55,492 bases of DNA. Source: Planctomycetota bacterium. Lineage in GTDB: Bacteria; Planctomycetota; UBA1135; UBA2386. Positions 28,546 through 36,780 of this stretch are shown in pieces. Position numbers and translations under genes: made by a program. Under the pieces are notes generated by a model. It was not told the DNA's origin, ran no database searches, and was given only the letters and a program-made list of their open reading frames with translations. The stretch covers positions 1-55,492 of the forward strand of contig CANMWZ010000027.1 of NCBI GenBank assembly GCA_947501605.1, read 5' to 3'. Within the stretch, counting starts at the first letter, position 1, and each line of letters begins with the position of its first letter.

Positions 28546-28966
28546 GTAGAGGCTGTGGGACCTTTCCGTGGTGATGGCCCAAGCGAAGCTGCGGGCCATG
28601 GTGCCTCTGGCCGGAAGCCATGCGCCAGTCTTCGCACGACGAAGGCGATCCGGCGATGCAGGGACACCTTGATTGCGCGGAGCCCACGACGCGGTTGCCG
28701 CATCGAGGTCGCTGGGCCTCGCCGCGAGCCCACTGGCGAAAGCGGACGCTCGAAAGGGTCGGCCCGAGCACCAGCGGTTGCGGCCGACGGTGACCACCGT
28801 CGGCTGCGTCGAGGCGCCTCGCCGCGGGATCTTCAGCCTTCGTGCGGCGGCCACCGTGAAGCGTCCACTCCTTGCTCTCGCCCGCGTGGCTCGGTCTCGC
28901 GCGCAGGTCCGTTTGGAGACCACGTCTACCGGAAGTGAGCAGAGGTTCTTGTGCCGTCCGGGTCCT

Positions 28967-28991
28967 CTGCACTGCACTGCACTGCACTGCA
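28967..28991. repeat. (CTGCA)5 microsatellite
   Basis: ctgca x5 in intergenic DNA. Confidence 0.9.
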
Positions 28992-29086
28992 GTGCGCCAC
29001 GCCGGCGAAGCCAGAGACATCCTAGTTGCGTGCTCGCAGCTCATGGCTCTTCAGCGTCGCGTCCGTTCGCTTGGGAACGGGCGCGA

Positions 29087-30376
29087 CTATGGCGACCGCC
29101 ATCTGAGTCGCAGCGCGACCGCAATCAGCACCAAGTCGAACGCCGTGAGTATGTAGAGGCTGTTGAACCACTCGTCGCCGTCGTTGCCGAGGAGCTCTTT
29201 GCCAATGCCACAGCAAAGAAACCACGCCGCCACGACACTCGCGAGCTTGCTCGACCGTTGTCTGGAGGCAGCCGCCAGCACCAGATAGACGATCGGTAGC
29301 AGTGCCACGTGGTGCGCCTTCCAACTGATCGGGGAGGCCAGGAGCGACAGAGTGAGCGTGGCGGCGAACTGCGAGGTGCGCCGCGCGGCTGCGGTTTCTG
29401 GTTCCACGAGTGCCGTCGAGCGCACGCTGCTGACGTAGGCGCGCAGGAGCACCAGCCCGAGCAACGACGCAGTGACAATGCGTGTGATCCAGGCACACGC
29501 TGCCGCCGACCAGCCAAGCCCGTGGCCAACGCCCCATCGCACCCGATCGGCCAGCTCCGGTGGAACGTCACCAAACCAGCGAGCGACCGCGCACCGCAAG
29601 GATTGGTTCATCCATTCAAACGCGGGCCACTGCAGCGCTGGCGGCGCGAAGGCGTCAGCTTGCTGGGCGAGAGCGAGCGTGCCGTCGAGCCAGAGCACCC
29701 ACGGCTGGAGGTCAAGGCGTAGTAAGGCGATGCTGAGCACGATGAGAGCGGCGCCGGCTCCGAGCGCCTGCAACACCGTTTGGCGATGGCCTTGGCACCA
29801 GAGCAGTGGCAGCAGCAGGATCTGCGTCGGCTTGGTCACCACGGAGAACCCGAGCCACCACCCGGCACGCGCGTGCTGACCGCGTTCGGCATCGGCAAAC
29901 GCCATCACGCACATCGCGACGTTGAGGATGTTGCCGCCGCCGCCGTGGGTGTCGCGAAGCACGAGGCGAGCCAGGATCACGAGGGTCACCAAGTAGAGCC
30001 AGCGGTGCTCGCGCTCGCTCGGCGGGGCGGGTCCGCGTGGCATCCGGCGCAGCGCGAAGTAGATCGCGATCAGGGCGCCAACCTGCAGCGCCGCCCAACT
30101 CGCACGTGCACTGGCAAGACCGCAAGTCTGGCGCAGCAGTGCGAAGGGCGCGGTGAGCAGGCCGAACGACGGTGGATACGGTGCGTGCAGCGGCTTCTGC
30201 GGCGCGTCGAGATCAGACTTCCAGTCGGCGTAGACGTTCTCACCAGCCAGCAGGCGACGGCCGAACTCCAGGTGATCGACCAAAACGCCGCGGTGATCGG
30301 GGCGATAGCTCGCGCGCCCGACGACGAGTGCGCCGAGGACGGACCACAGCAAGAGCCAGCGCGAACGGGGCGTCAT
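29087..30376 (-). CDS. GT87/DUF2029 membrane glycosyltransferase (GT-C)
   Basis: YPPSFGLLTAP; GNILN; VTKP; NQSL; SPISWKAHH; many TMs. Confidence 0.85.
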   Translation of the reverse strand: MTPRSRWLLLWSVLGALVVGRASYRPDHRGVLVDHLEFGRRLLAGENVYADWKSDLDAPQKPLHAPYPPSFGLLTAPFALLRQTCGLASARASWAALQVGALIAIYFALRRMPRGPAPPSEREHRWLYLVTLVILARLVLRDTHGGGGNILNVAMCVMAFADAERGQHARAGWWLGFSVVTKPTQILLLPLLWCQGHRQTVLQALGAGAALIVLSIALLRLDLQPWVLWLDGTLALAQQADAFAPPALQWPAFEWMNQSLRCAVARWFGDVPPELADRVRWGVGHGLGWSAAACAWITRIVTASLLGLVLLRAYVSSVRSTALVEPETAAARRTSQFAATLTLSLLASPISWKAHHVALLPIVYLVLAAASRQRSSKLASVVAAWFLCCGIGKELLGNDGDEWFNSLYILTAFDLVLIAVALRLRWRSP

Positions 30377-30571
30377 CAGCAAGGGAAGAGTCGGCTGCGC
30401 AGACCGCGCGTAGCGACTCTGCCGCGCCGAGATCAGCCGGGCAAGTGCGGCGTGTCGCCTGAAGCGATCGCCTTCAACCTGAACAGGGCGGCCGCGCACG
30501 CACCGACCGGCAGACGCCGCGTGCTGGGCAACAGGCTTGCCGTGGGCCGACGGGGCAGGCGCGAACTCGCG

Positions 30572-31666
30572 TCACGGTCGCGATCCGTTGCGTCGCAGAG
30601 CTGCGATCAGGCTGCGCGCGGCCAGCTCGCAGCAGTCGGCTACCGACTCCGGATGGACTGCCTGGAAGTCCTCGTGGTGCGAGTTCTGGAAGTCCACGAG
30701 GACCAGCTCCCCGTCGGGCGCGAACACCATGGTATGCACGGCCCCGAACGTGCCCGTGCCGGACGGTAGAAAGTCGCAGACCAGAGCGTAGTCCGTGCTC
30801 GGCGGCAGTTTCCTCAACGCCGCTTGGGCTGCGCGCGCGCCGCTCCACAAGACTTGCTGCTGGTTGGTTCCTGGCTTTGGTGCGAACGTGAGCTTCGTCG
30901 TCGCAGTCGTGGCCGTAATGAGCCCCGATTGCTGTACGCGAGCGACAAGGTCGGTCGCCGTAGCAGCGGGCCAGTCGCTGCCGACGCGAGCCGGGTAGAC
31001 GCGAAGCGAGGCCCTCGGGCCCGCGGCGCGGAGGGCGGCCAGGCGCGCATGCATGGCGTCGAGCTCGCGCTGGTCGGGAACGCCGGCCCTTTGCTGCATT
31101 CGTGTAGCGAGTCTGCTTTCCGGCGCCCCAGACCGGAACGGGTCGTCCAGCGACAGCTGCGAGCGCAGGCGTTGAATGACGAAGACGCAACCATCCATCG
31201 GTTCGTTCAGCTTGCTCTGGTCGAAGGCAGCGTCACCGCGCTTTTGCCGATCCAGAAAGACAACCGCGCCGCTGCGGTCCACCAAGGTCGTGCTGATCTC
31301 GTCGATGCTCTTGCCCGGCGTCCCCAACATGTCGACGAGCAGTGCGTGGTCCGTCGATAGCGACTGTTGGCGGACGAAGGCACCGAACCCCGCGGTGCGC
31401 GTAGCGGCGTCCTGTGCGGCAGTCGGTGCATAGGCCGTGTCGCTCAGCTCCACTCGCGGCAGACCGCCGCGTTCGAGGAAGATGCCGACGACGTTGGCGA
31501 CGTCAGTACTGGGGGTGCCCGAGAGCATCACCGGGAAGACCGTGATCGAACGAGCCGACGCATGCTCCTGCTCGGGTCGCGACGTGCAGGCCACGGCGAG
31601 CAGTGCCAGCCCGAGATAACGAGCCGAGCGACGAGTGGGGTAAGTGACGCGAAGTTCCGTTTTCAT
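30572..31666 (-). CDS. Hypothetical lipoprotein with internal two-domain duplication
   Basis: Lipobox LLAVAC; halves align (ITVFP/LRVYP, DHALLVD/DYALVCD, GAVVFLDRQ/GELVLVDFQ). Confidence 0.7.
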   Translation of the reverse strand: MKTELRVTYPTRRSARYLGLALLAVACTSRPEQEHASARSITVFPVMLSGTPSTDVANVVGIFLERGGLPRVELSDTAYAPTAAQDAATRTAGFGAFVRQQSLSTDHALLVDMLGTPGKSIDEISTTLVDRSGAVVFLDRQKRGDAAFDQSKLNEPMDGCVFVIQRLRSQLSLDDPFRSGAPESRLATRMQQRAGVPDQRELDAMHARLAALRAAGPRASLRVYPARVGSDWPAATATDLVARVQQSGLITATTATTKLTFAPKPGTNQQQVLWSGARAAQAALRKLPPSTDYALVCDFLPSGTGTFGAVHTMVFAPDGELVLVDFQNSHHEDFQAVHPESVADCCELAARSLIAALRRNGSRP

Positions 31667-31673
31667 CGTAAAA

Positions 31674-31691
31674 CGTTAGTGGACACTAGCG
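31674..31691. promoter_or_regulatory. Putative TetR operator
   Basis: CGTTAGTG-GA-CACTAGCG imperfect palindrome (7/8 bp) just upstream of the lipoprotein start, downstream of the TetR gene. Confidence 0.45.
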
Positions 31692-31755
31692 GAACGAGGC
31701 TGTCGCTGCCAAGGGGGGGTATTGTGCGCAGGCGTCGCCGAACGAGTAGGCGGAG

Positions 31756-32337
31756 TCAGCGCTGCTTCTTGCCGAGCAGCACCGGGCCGACCTCTTCCCA
31801 TAACTGCTTGCGCTCGGTCGTCGTCATCAGCCCGAGCTCGCGACCGATGCTGCTGATCGTACCCATGCCGACCAGGGCCCAGGCTGCAAGGGTTGCCGCT
31901 GGATCCCTGTCTTGGCCTCGGTGCTCGAGTAGGCGGCGAACAACGAACTCATGGTAGCGGCGGTACATGCGGACCAGCGATGCTCGCACCTCGGCGTCAT
32001 CGGCCTCGCTCAGTCCGGCGAAAACGAGGCGATAGAGCCCGAACTCGCCGTGATGCGTTGATTCATAATCGAGTAGGCGCTCGGCGACACTGCGGCTGTC
32101 AGCCACGACCAAGAGCTTCTCCCAGGCCAGCACGGAGAGGTCGTAGACGTGCTCGATCGAGGCCAAGAACATCGCGCGCTTGTCAGGCCAAAGCCGGTAG
32201 AGCACTACTTCCTTCGCGTCGCATCGACTCGCCAGTTCTGCGGTGGTTGTGCGGCGGTAGCCGAGATCTGCAAAGGTCTTGGCGATCGAAGGCAGCAGTT
32301 CGGCGCGGCGTTCGGCACTGCGGTTCGGTCGGGGCAT
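31756..32337 (-). CDS. TetR/AcrR family transcriptional regulator
   Basis: RRAELL...FADLGYRRTTTAELA....KEVVLYRLWPDKRAMF. Confidence 0.92.
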   Translation of the reverse strand: MPRPNRSAERRAELLPSIAKTFADLGYRRTTTAELASRCDAKEVVLYRLWPDKRAMFLASIEHVYDLSVLAWEKLLVVADSRSVAERLLDYESTHHGEFGLYRLVFAGLSEADDAEVRASLVRMYRRYHEFVVRRLLEHRGQDRDPAATLAAWALVGMGTISSIGRELGLMTTTERKQLWEEVGPVLLGKKQR

Positions 32338-32476
32338 CGGTCGGTTCCTCGGCTCGGGAAGCGCGAGTGAGAGTGTGCGCACACAGAATTGTGGCCGCAA
32401 GCGTTCTGCTGCATCTTGGCGCAACGTGTGCTGGCGCACTCTTGCAGATCTTCGCGCGAACCAGAGACTGCGCTCC

Positions 32477-33289
32477 ATGAAGCCAAAGCCCGGCAAACCT
32501 CTACTCGGTGTCGTTCATCTGCGCGCGCTGCCCTCGGCTTCACGGCACGTGTCGATGGACGAGGTGTTTGCCTGGGCCGCGCGCGATGCCGAAGCCCTGG
32601 CGGCGGGCGGAGTCGACGGTTTTGTCATCGAGAACTTCGGCGATGCGCCGTTCCACAAAGGCAATGCAGCAGATCCGGTCTGCCCCGATGTTCCCGCTGC
32701 GCTCGCGGTTGTGGCGCGCGAGTTGCGACTCCGTCACGACATGCCGGTGATGATCAACTGCTTGCGCAACGACGGCATCGCCGCTTTGGGTGCCGCTGCA
32801 GTCGCCGGAGCTGCATGGGTTCGAGTCAATGTCATGGCATCGACATACGTGACCGACCAGGGCGTCATCGAGGGCGAGGCCGCGCGTCTGTGTGCCTACC
32901 GCAAGCGCCTCGGCAGCGGCACTTTGATCCTGGCCGACTTTCTGGTGAAGCACGCCACGCCAATGGCACCGTTCGACCTCGCGCCAGCTGCTCGCGACCT
33001 TGCCGAGCGTTCTGGTGCGTCCGGTCTCGTGCTTTCCGGAGCGCGCACTGGGGAACCGGTCGACGAGATGCGACTCGATGCCGTGCGCTCCGCGGTGGGT
33101 GATTTCCCTATTTGGCTGGGGTCGGGCCTGACGGCGGAGAACGCTGCTGCGCTGTGGCCCCGTTGTGATGGCGCGATCGTCGGCACGACGTTGAAGCGCG
33201 GTAGCCGAGTTGACGAACCGGTCGATCGCCGACGCGTGGCCTCCTTGGTCGCGGCAGTGCGCGCTGCTGGGAAGCGCCGGCCACGCTGA
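32477..33289 (+). CDS. BtpA/SgcQ family TIM-barrel protein
   Basis: GVVHLRALP; IENFGDAPF; NCLRND; TDQGVIEG; VKHA; GSG; DGAIVGT. Confidence 0.92.
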   Translation: MKPKPGKPLLGVVHLRALPSASRHVSMDEVFAWAARDAEALAAGGVDGFVIENFGDAPFHKGNAADPVCPDVPAALAVVARELRLRHDMPVMINCLRNDGIAALGAAAVAGAAWVRVNVMASTYVTDQGVIEGEAARLCAYRKRLGSGTLILADFLVKHATPMAPFDLAPAARDLAERSGASGLVLSGARTGEPVDEMRLDAVRSAVGDFPIWLGSGLTAENAAALWPRCDGAIVGTTLKRGSRVDEPVDRRRVASLVAAVRAAGKRRPR

Positions 33290-33328
33290 CAAAGGTCGGG
33301 ACGTCGCCCGAGCCGATGAGGGCCTGCA

Positions 33329-34342
33329 ATGAAGGTGCTGTTGCTGACTCCGGCGCCCACGCATCTGTTTCTCGGAAGTGCCGCGACCGTTACGCGCTAC
33401 CGCGAGGGACTGCAGCGTTGTGGCCATTTGTGCGAGCTGCTCGGCGCCACCAACGAAGGTGGCCTAAAGCAGTCGCTTGCCGGCACAGTCGGTCGCTTTC
33501 GTCCTGACATCGTGCATGCTCACGACGCGGCGCGAACCGGCCTGCAACTGCTCGGCCTTCGCACCCCGTGGGTCGTGTCGCTCTCAGGCGAGGATGTGCA
33601 TGCAGCGATGACGACAAACGAGCATGGTCCGCTCGTCTGCGAAGTTCTGCGTCGCGCCCATCGCGTGCTGGCGCCCAGTGCAGCGGCCGCGGAACTCGTC
33701 GAGCGTCGCGTTTCCGATGCGATCGGCAAAGTAGATGTCGTGCCGCGAGCCGCCTTGCGGTTGCCTACGGACGGCACGGACCTGCGGCGCTCGCTGGGAA
33801 TCCCGCGACAGCGCTTCCTCGTCTTTCTCCCGGGTGGCCTGCGGCCGATCAAGGGGCAGAACCGAGCCTTGTCCCTCGTGCGTTCTCTGCGAACGGCGGG
33901 TGCCGACGTGGAGATGATCATTGCCGGCCCGGATCAAGATGTGGCGTTTGCGGAGAATCTGCGCCATCAGTCGCAGAACGAGCCGGGCGTGCGGGTGCTG
34001 CCGTCACTTGCACGCGATCGCATGGGCGCCGCCTACGTCGACGCCGACGTCGTGCTCAACACCTCGTGGAGCGAGGGCTGCGCCCCAACTTTGCTCGAGG
34101 CGGGAATACTCGGGCGCCCAGTTGTCGCGGCAGCCTCTCCTGGGAACCAAGAGCTATTGCGGCATCGGGAGACGGCCTTGTTGTATGCAGACGAAGAAGA
34201 GATGGCCCGCCAAGTACTGGCGCTCTATCGCAATCGCACTGCTGCCGGGGCGCTAGGGGTGCGGATTCGGGAGGACTTTCAGCGGAGGTTTCCTGGGGAA
34301 CAGGAAATCAGTGGGCTCCTCAGCTCGTATGCAGCAACCTGA
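33329..34342 (+). CDS. Glycosyltransferase family 4
   Basis: FRPDIVHAH; GGLRPIKGQ; ADVVLNTSWSEG..TLLEA..GRPVVA. Confidence 0.9.
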   Translation: MKVLLLTPAPTHLFLGSAATVTRYREGLQRCGHLCELLGATNEGGLKQSLAGTVGRFRPDIVHAHDAARTGLQLLGLRTPWVVSLSGEDVHAAMTTNEHGPLVCEVLRRAHRVLAPSAAAAELVERRVSDAIGKVDVVPRAALRLPTDGTDLRRSLGIPRQRFLVFLPGGLRPIKGQNRALSLVRSLRTAGADVEMIIAGPDQDVAFAENLRHQSQNEPGVRVLPSLARDRMGAAYVDADVVLNTSWSEGCAPTLLEAGILGRPVVAAASPGNQELLRHRETALLYADEEEMARQVLALYRNRTAAGALGVRIREDFQRRFPGEQEISGLLSSYAAT

Positions 34343-35528
34343 TACTGGTAGATTGAGTGTGGCTGTGCGAGAGAGTGCTCACACGATGAACTGATCGATA
34401 GACGTTTGCCCTGTTGAGCTTGCCGGATGGATGCTCCTTCGTCGCCAGTCCTGACGCCAGGCTAGCAGGTCGGCAACCCTGAGGTGAGGGCAGAGGCCGA
34501 GCATGGAGCCTGGAGTTCGCTCAGGTGGATCGAAGTTGGTTCGGGGCCGATGCCAATTCCGATACGCCGTGAACAGCGCCAACTGAAGTCGGAGCATTCG
34601 ACTGCGCTTACTGACAGCCCAAGTGCGCCGGTGCAGTCGGCAGTTGTTGTCTCGCATCATGGCCTCAGTGAGATTGACCGAGAACAGCGGATTGGCGGGC
34701 GTCCTTGGCAGTCGCGAAGAGACGGTTACGTGTTGCACCGAGTCCCCGAACCGTCGGCGGCACTCAACAGCGTAGCTCCGCTTCTCGTCGGTCAAGAGGA
34801 GTGCGGGTTTCTTGTCCAGCAGGCGGGCGAGTCTGCCGAAGACTCGCCGCACGGAGTTGCGACCGCGGTCTACTCGTTTCCCGTGCTGGCCTTCAAAGCG
34901 CTGGAGTCGGAGCTGCCGTGGGCTCCCAGCCCGGGCGCTACGCCGAATGGGAGCTACGTCGGTCGCAATCACGAGCTTGGTCCGGACATCGACGACCACT
35001 GGAATCGTCACAGGTGTGATCGAGCGGTGCTCGAAGCTCTCGGCCTCGTCGAGACAGACCACCTGGTTTGCAGGCATCTGGGTTAGGAGGCTCCGGTTGA
35101 GGATGGCGAGGTTGCGCGCCATCTTCCGAAACTTCATTTGGGCCGAGTTGCAACTGAGATGGAGCATGCGTGAGGCCTGCCGGATGCTCGTCCCACTCAC
35201 CAGTGAGCAGAACAGTGGAGCGTTGTCGTGTGGGCGGCGATCGCGGTAGTCCATGCGGAACGTCTGGTAGGAAAAGCCCTTGCCACACTCGCGGCATTCG
35301 AAACGAGGGACAGGAACGGTCCGGCAGCGCGGTCTGTAGCTGCCGACGCGGCGATAGAATCTGGGCGTTGGAAGGCGATGTTGCGAGCACGTGCGATTCG
35401 GGCAACGAGGCGGCTCGAACGGTATGGGTTGCATTGGGCGCTCCTGCGGATCGAGTGGCGATCTCGCAGATGACTAGATGCCTGGCTGTGCAGAGTGGTT
35501 ACCTGGAACCACACTCAGTCGATCAGTA
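34343..35528 (-). mobile_element. Insertion sequence (IS1-like transposase, terminal inverted repeats)
   Basis: GATACTGGTAGATTGAGTGTGG (34341-34362) and CCACACTCAGTCGATCAGTATC (35509-35530) are inverted repeats (19/22) enclosing one transposase; the interior is less GC3-biased than its neighbours. Confidence 0.8.
34379..35434 (-). CDS. IS1-like DDE transposase
   Basis: Zn-ribbon CPNRTC...CRECGKGF; HTH SIRQASRML; acidic motifs LDEAE, LLTDEK, TEAMMRD. Confidence 0.8.
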   Translation of the reverse strand: MQPIPFEPPRCPNRTCSQHRLPTPRFYRRVGSYRPRCRTVPVPRFECRECGKGFSYQTFRMDYRDRRPHDNAPLFCSLVSGTSIRQASRMLHLSCNSAQMKFRKMARNLAILNRSLLTQMPANQVVCLDEAESFEHRSITPVTIPVVVDVRTKLVIATDVAPIRRSARAGSPRQLRLQRFEGQHGKRVDRGRNSVRRVFGRLARLLDKKPALLLTDEKRSYAVECRRRFGDSVQHVTVSSRLPRTPANPLFSVNLTEAMMRDNNCRLHRRTWAVSKRSRMLRLQLALFTAYRNWHRPRTNFDPPERTPGSMLGLCPHLRVADLLAWRQDWRRRSIHPASSTGQTSIDQFIV

Positions 35529-35571
35529 TCCGTCGTTGCCCGTTCTGGGCGGTTCGCTACGGTGTGGCAGC

Positions 35572-36738
35572 GTGAACCCCACCCGTCTCAAGACTGCTGT
35601 CCTGCTGACCCTGTGTCCGATGCTCTGGGCGCAGTCCCACGACGAGTTGGTCATGCACCGCAACCAGCGTCTGTCCTATTCCCAGTTGTTGCAGGTCAAG
35701 GCGGGGGTGATGGGGTCCCGCGCGAAGGACTCGGATCCGGCCGCGGGGCTGGACGACGAGGTCGCGATCGACGGCAGCGTCTTCTACCACGACGAGAGTT
35801 TTGGCGGTCGTGACGGCCAGTTCGATGCATACGCCGGGCGCGATGGCATGGTCGCCAGCATTCGCGATGGACGCATCGTGGGCAACGACACCTCGAGCCG
35901 GTTGCAGTTGTCTGCTCGGGTATGGCCGTTCTATCGCGAGGGTTTCTATCGCGGCGATTCGTTCGTGCCGGTGGGGCAGTACGAGGGATCTGACTACGAG
36001 GCCTACTTGGGCTTCGGCCGCGAGGCGGCGCAGGATCTGTTTGTCGAGTTCGGCCCCTTCTACCGTCGCAACAGCTTTGACCGGAACGAGCGCACCGAAC
36101 TGAGCTACACGGTGCCGGATGACTACGCTGCCTACGGCAGCCGTGTCTACATCGAGCAAAACACGGTGCAACTCGATCGTCGAACCAGAGCACCGCGCGG
36201 CGGCTACCTCTTCACTGTGGTGCTTGAAAGGGAGTGGAACCGGAGCAGCGGTGAATTCGGAACGACACCTGGGTTCACGTCGGAGCTGCCTTCGGCGGTC
36301 TGGCGCGGTCGCGGGCGCATGGAGTGGTACATTCCGCAGGGTTCGGACTCCGCTTGGGAGATCTTTGCGACTGCCGCGTTGACGGACGAGACGGATCGCG
36401 TGGTCAACTACGATGCCTCTCATCCTCAGGGGCACATGTGGGCGGATGCACAGTTGCGCTACCGCCTCCCGTTCGGGGATTCGTTTACGCTGTCGCCGTT
36501 TGTCGCGGGGCAGTTCGCGCGGATCCTCGAGGAGGACGGTATCGGCTCGGACGAGAAGTTCTTCTACGGCGGCGGCGCCGAGGCCTACTTGCACTTCAGC
36601 GATGCCGTGTCGATCAACGCCTGGTACTCGTATCTCAACAACGAGAGTCGTCCGTCGGTCAGCATCAAGCAGGACCTCCACGGCGAGCACATGTTCTACG
36701 CGGGGATCGTGCTGCGATTTGGCGGCAACCGTCGCTGA
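35572..36738 (+). CDS. Outer-membrane beta-barrel protein
   Basis: Signal peptide; alternating aromatic beta-strands; final strand MFYAGIVLRF. Confidence 0.65.
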   Translation: MNPTRLKTAVLLTLCPMLWAQSHDELVMHRNQRLSYSQLLQVKAGVMGSRAKDSDPAAGLDDEVAIDGSVFYHDESFGGRDGQFDAYAGRDGMVASIRDGRIVGNDTSSRLQLSARVWPFYREGFYRGDSFVPVGQYEGSDYEAYLGFGREAAQDLFVEFGPFYRRNSFDRNERTELSYTVPDDYAAYGSRVYIEQNTVQLDRRTRAPRGGYLFTVVLEREWNRSSGEFGTTPGFTSELPSAVWRGRGRMEWYIPQGSDSAWEIFATAALTDETDRVVNYDASHPQGHMWADAQLRYRLPFGDSFTLSPFVAGQFARILEEDGIGSDEKFFYGGGAEAYLHFSDAVSINAWYSYLNNESRPSVSIKQDLHGEHMFYAGIVLRFGGNRR

Positions 36739-36780
36739 GGGGCGCTGCGGCGGAGTTGCAGGGCCGTGGCCGCGGTGCGG

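Noticed and set aside
28546..29086. ORFs in the gap between the hypothetical gene and GT87
   Set aside because: No recognisable motif, RBS or coding bias in any frame; left unannotated
34360..35491. TGGCTGTGC direct repeat (34360-34368, 35483-35491) as the IS target duplication
   Set aside because: Both copies lie inside the terminal inverted repeats; at most a subterminal motif or chance
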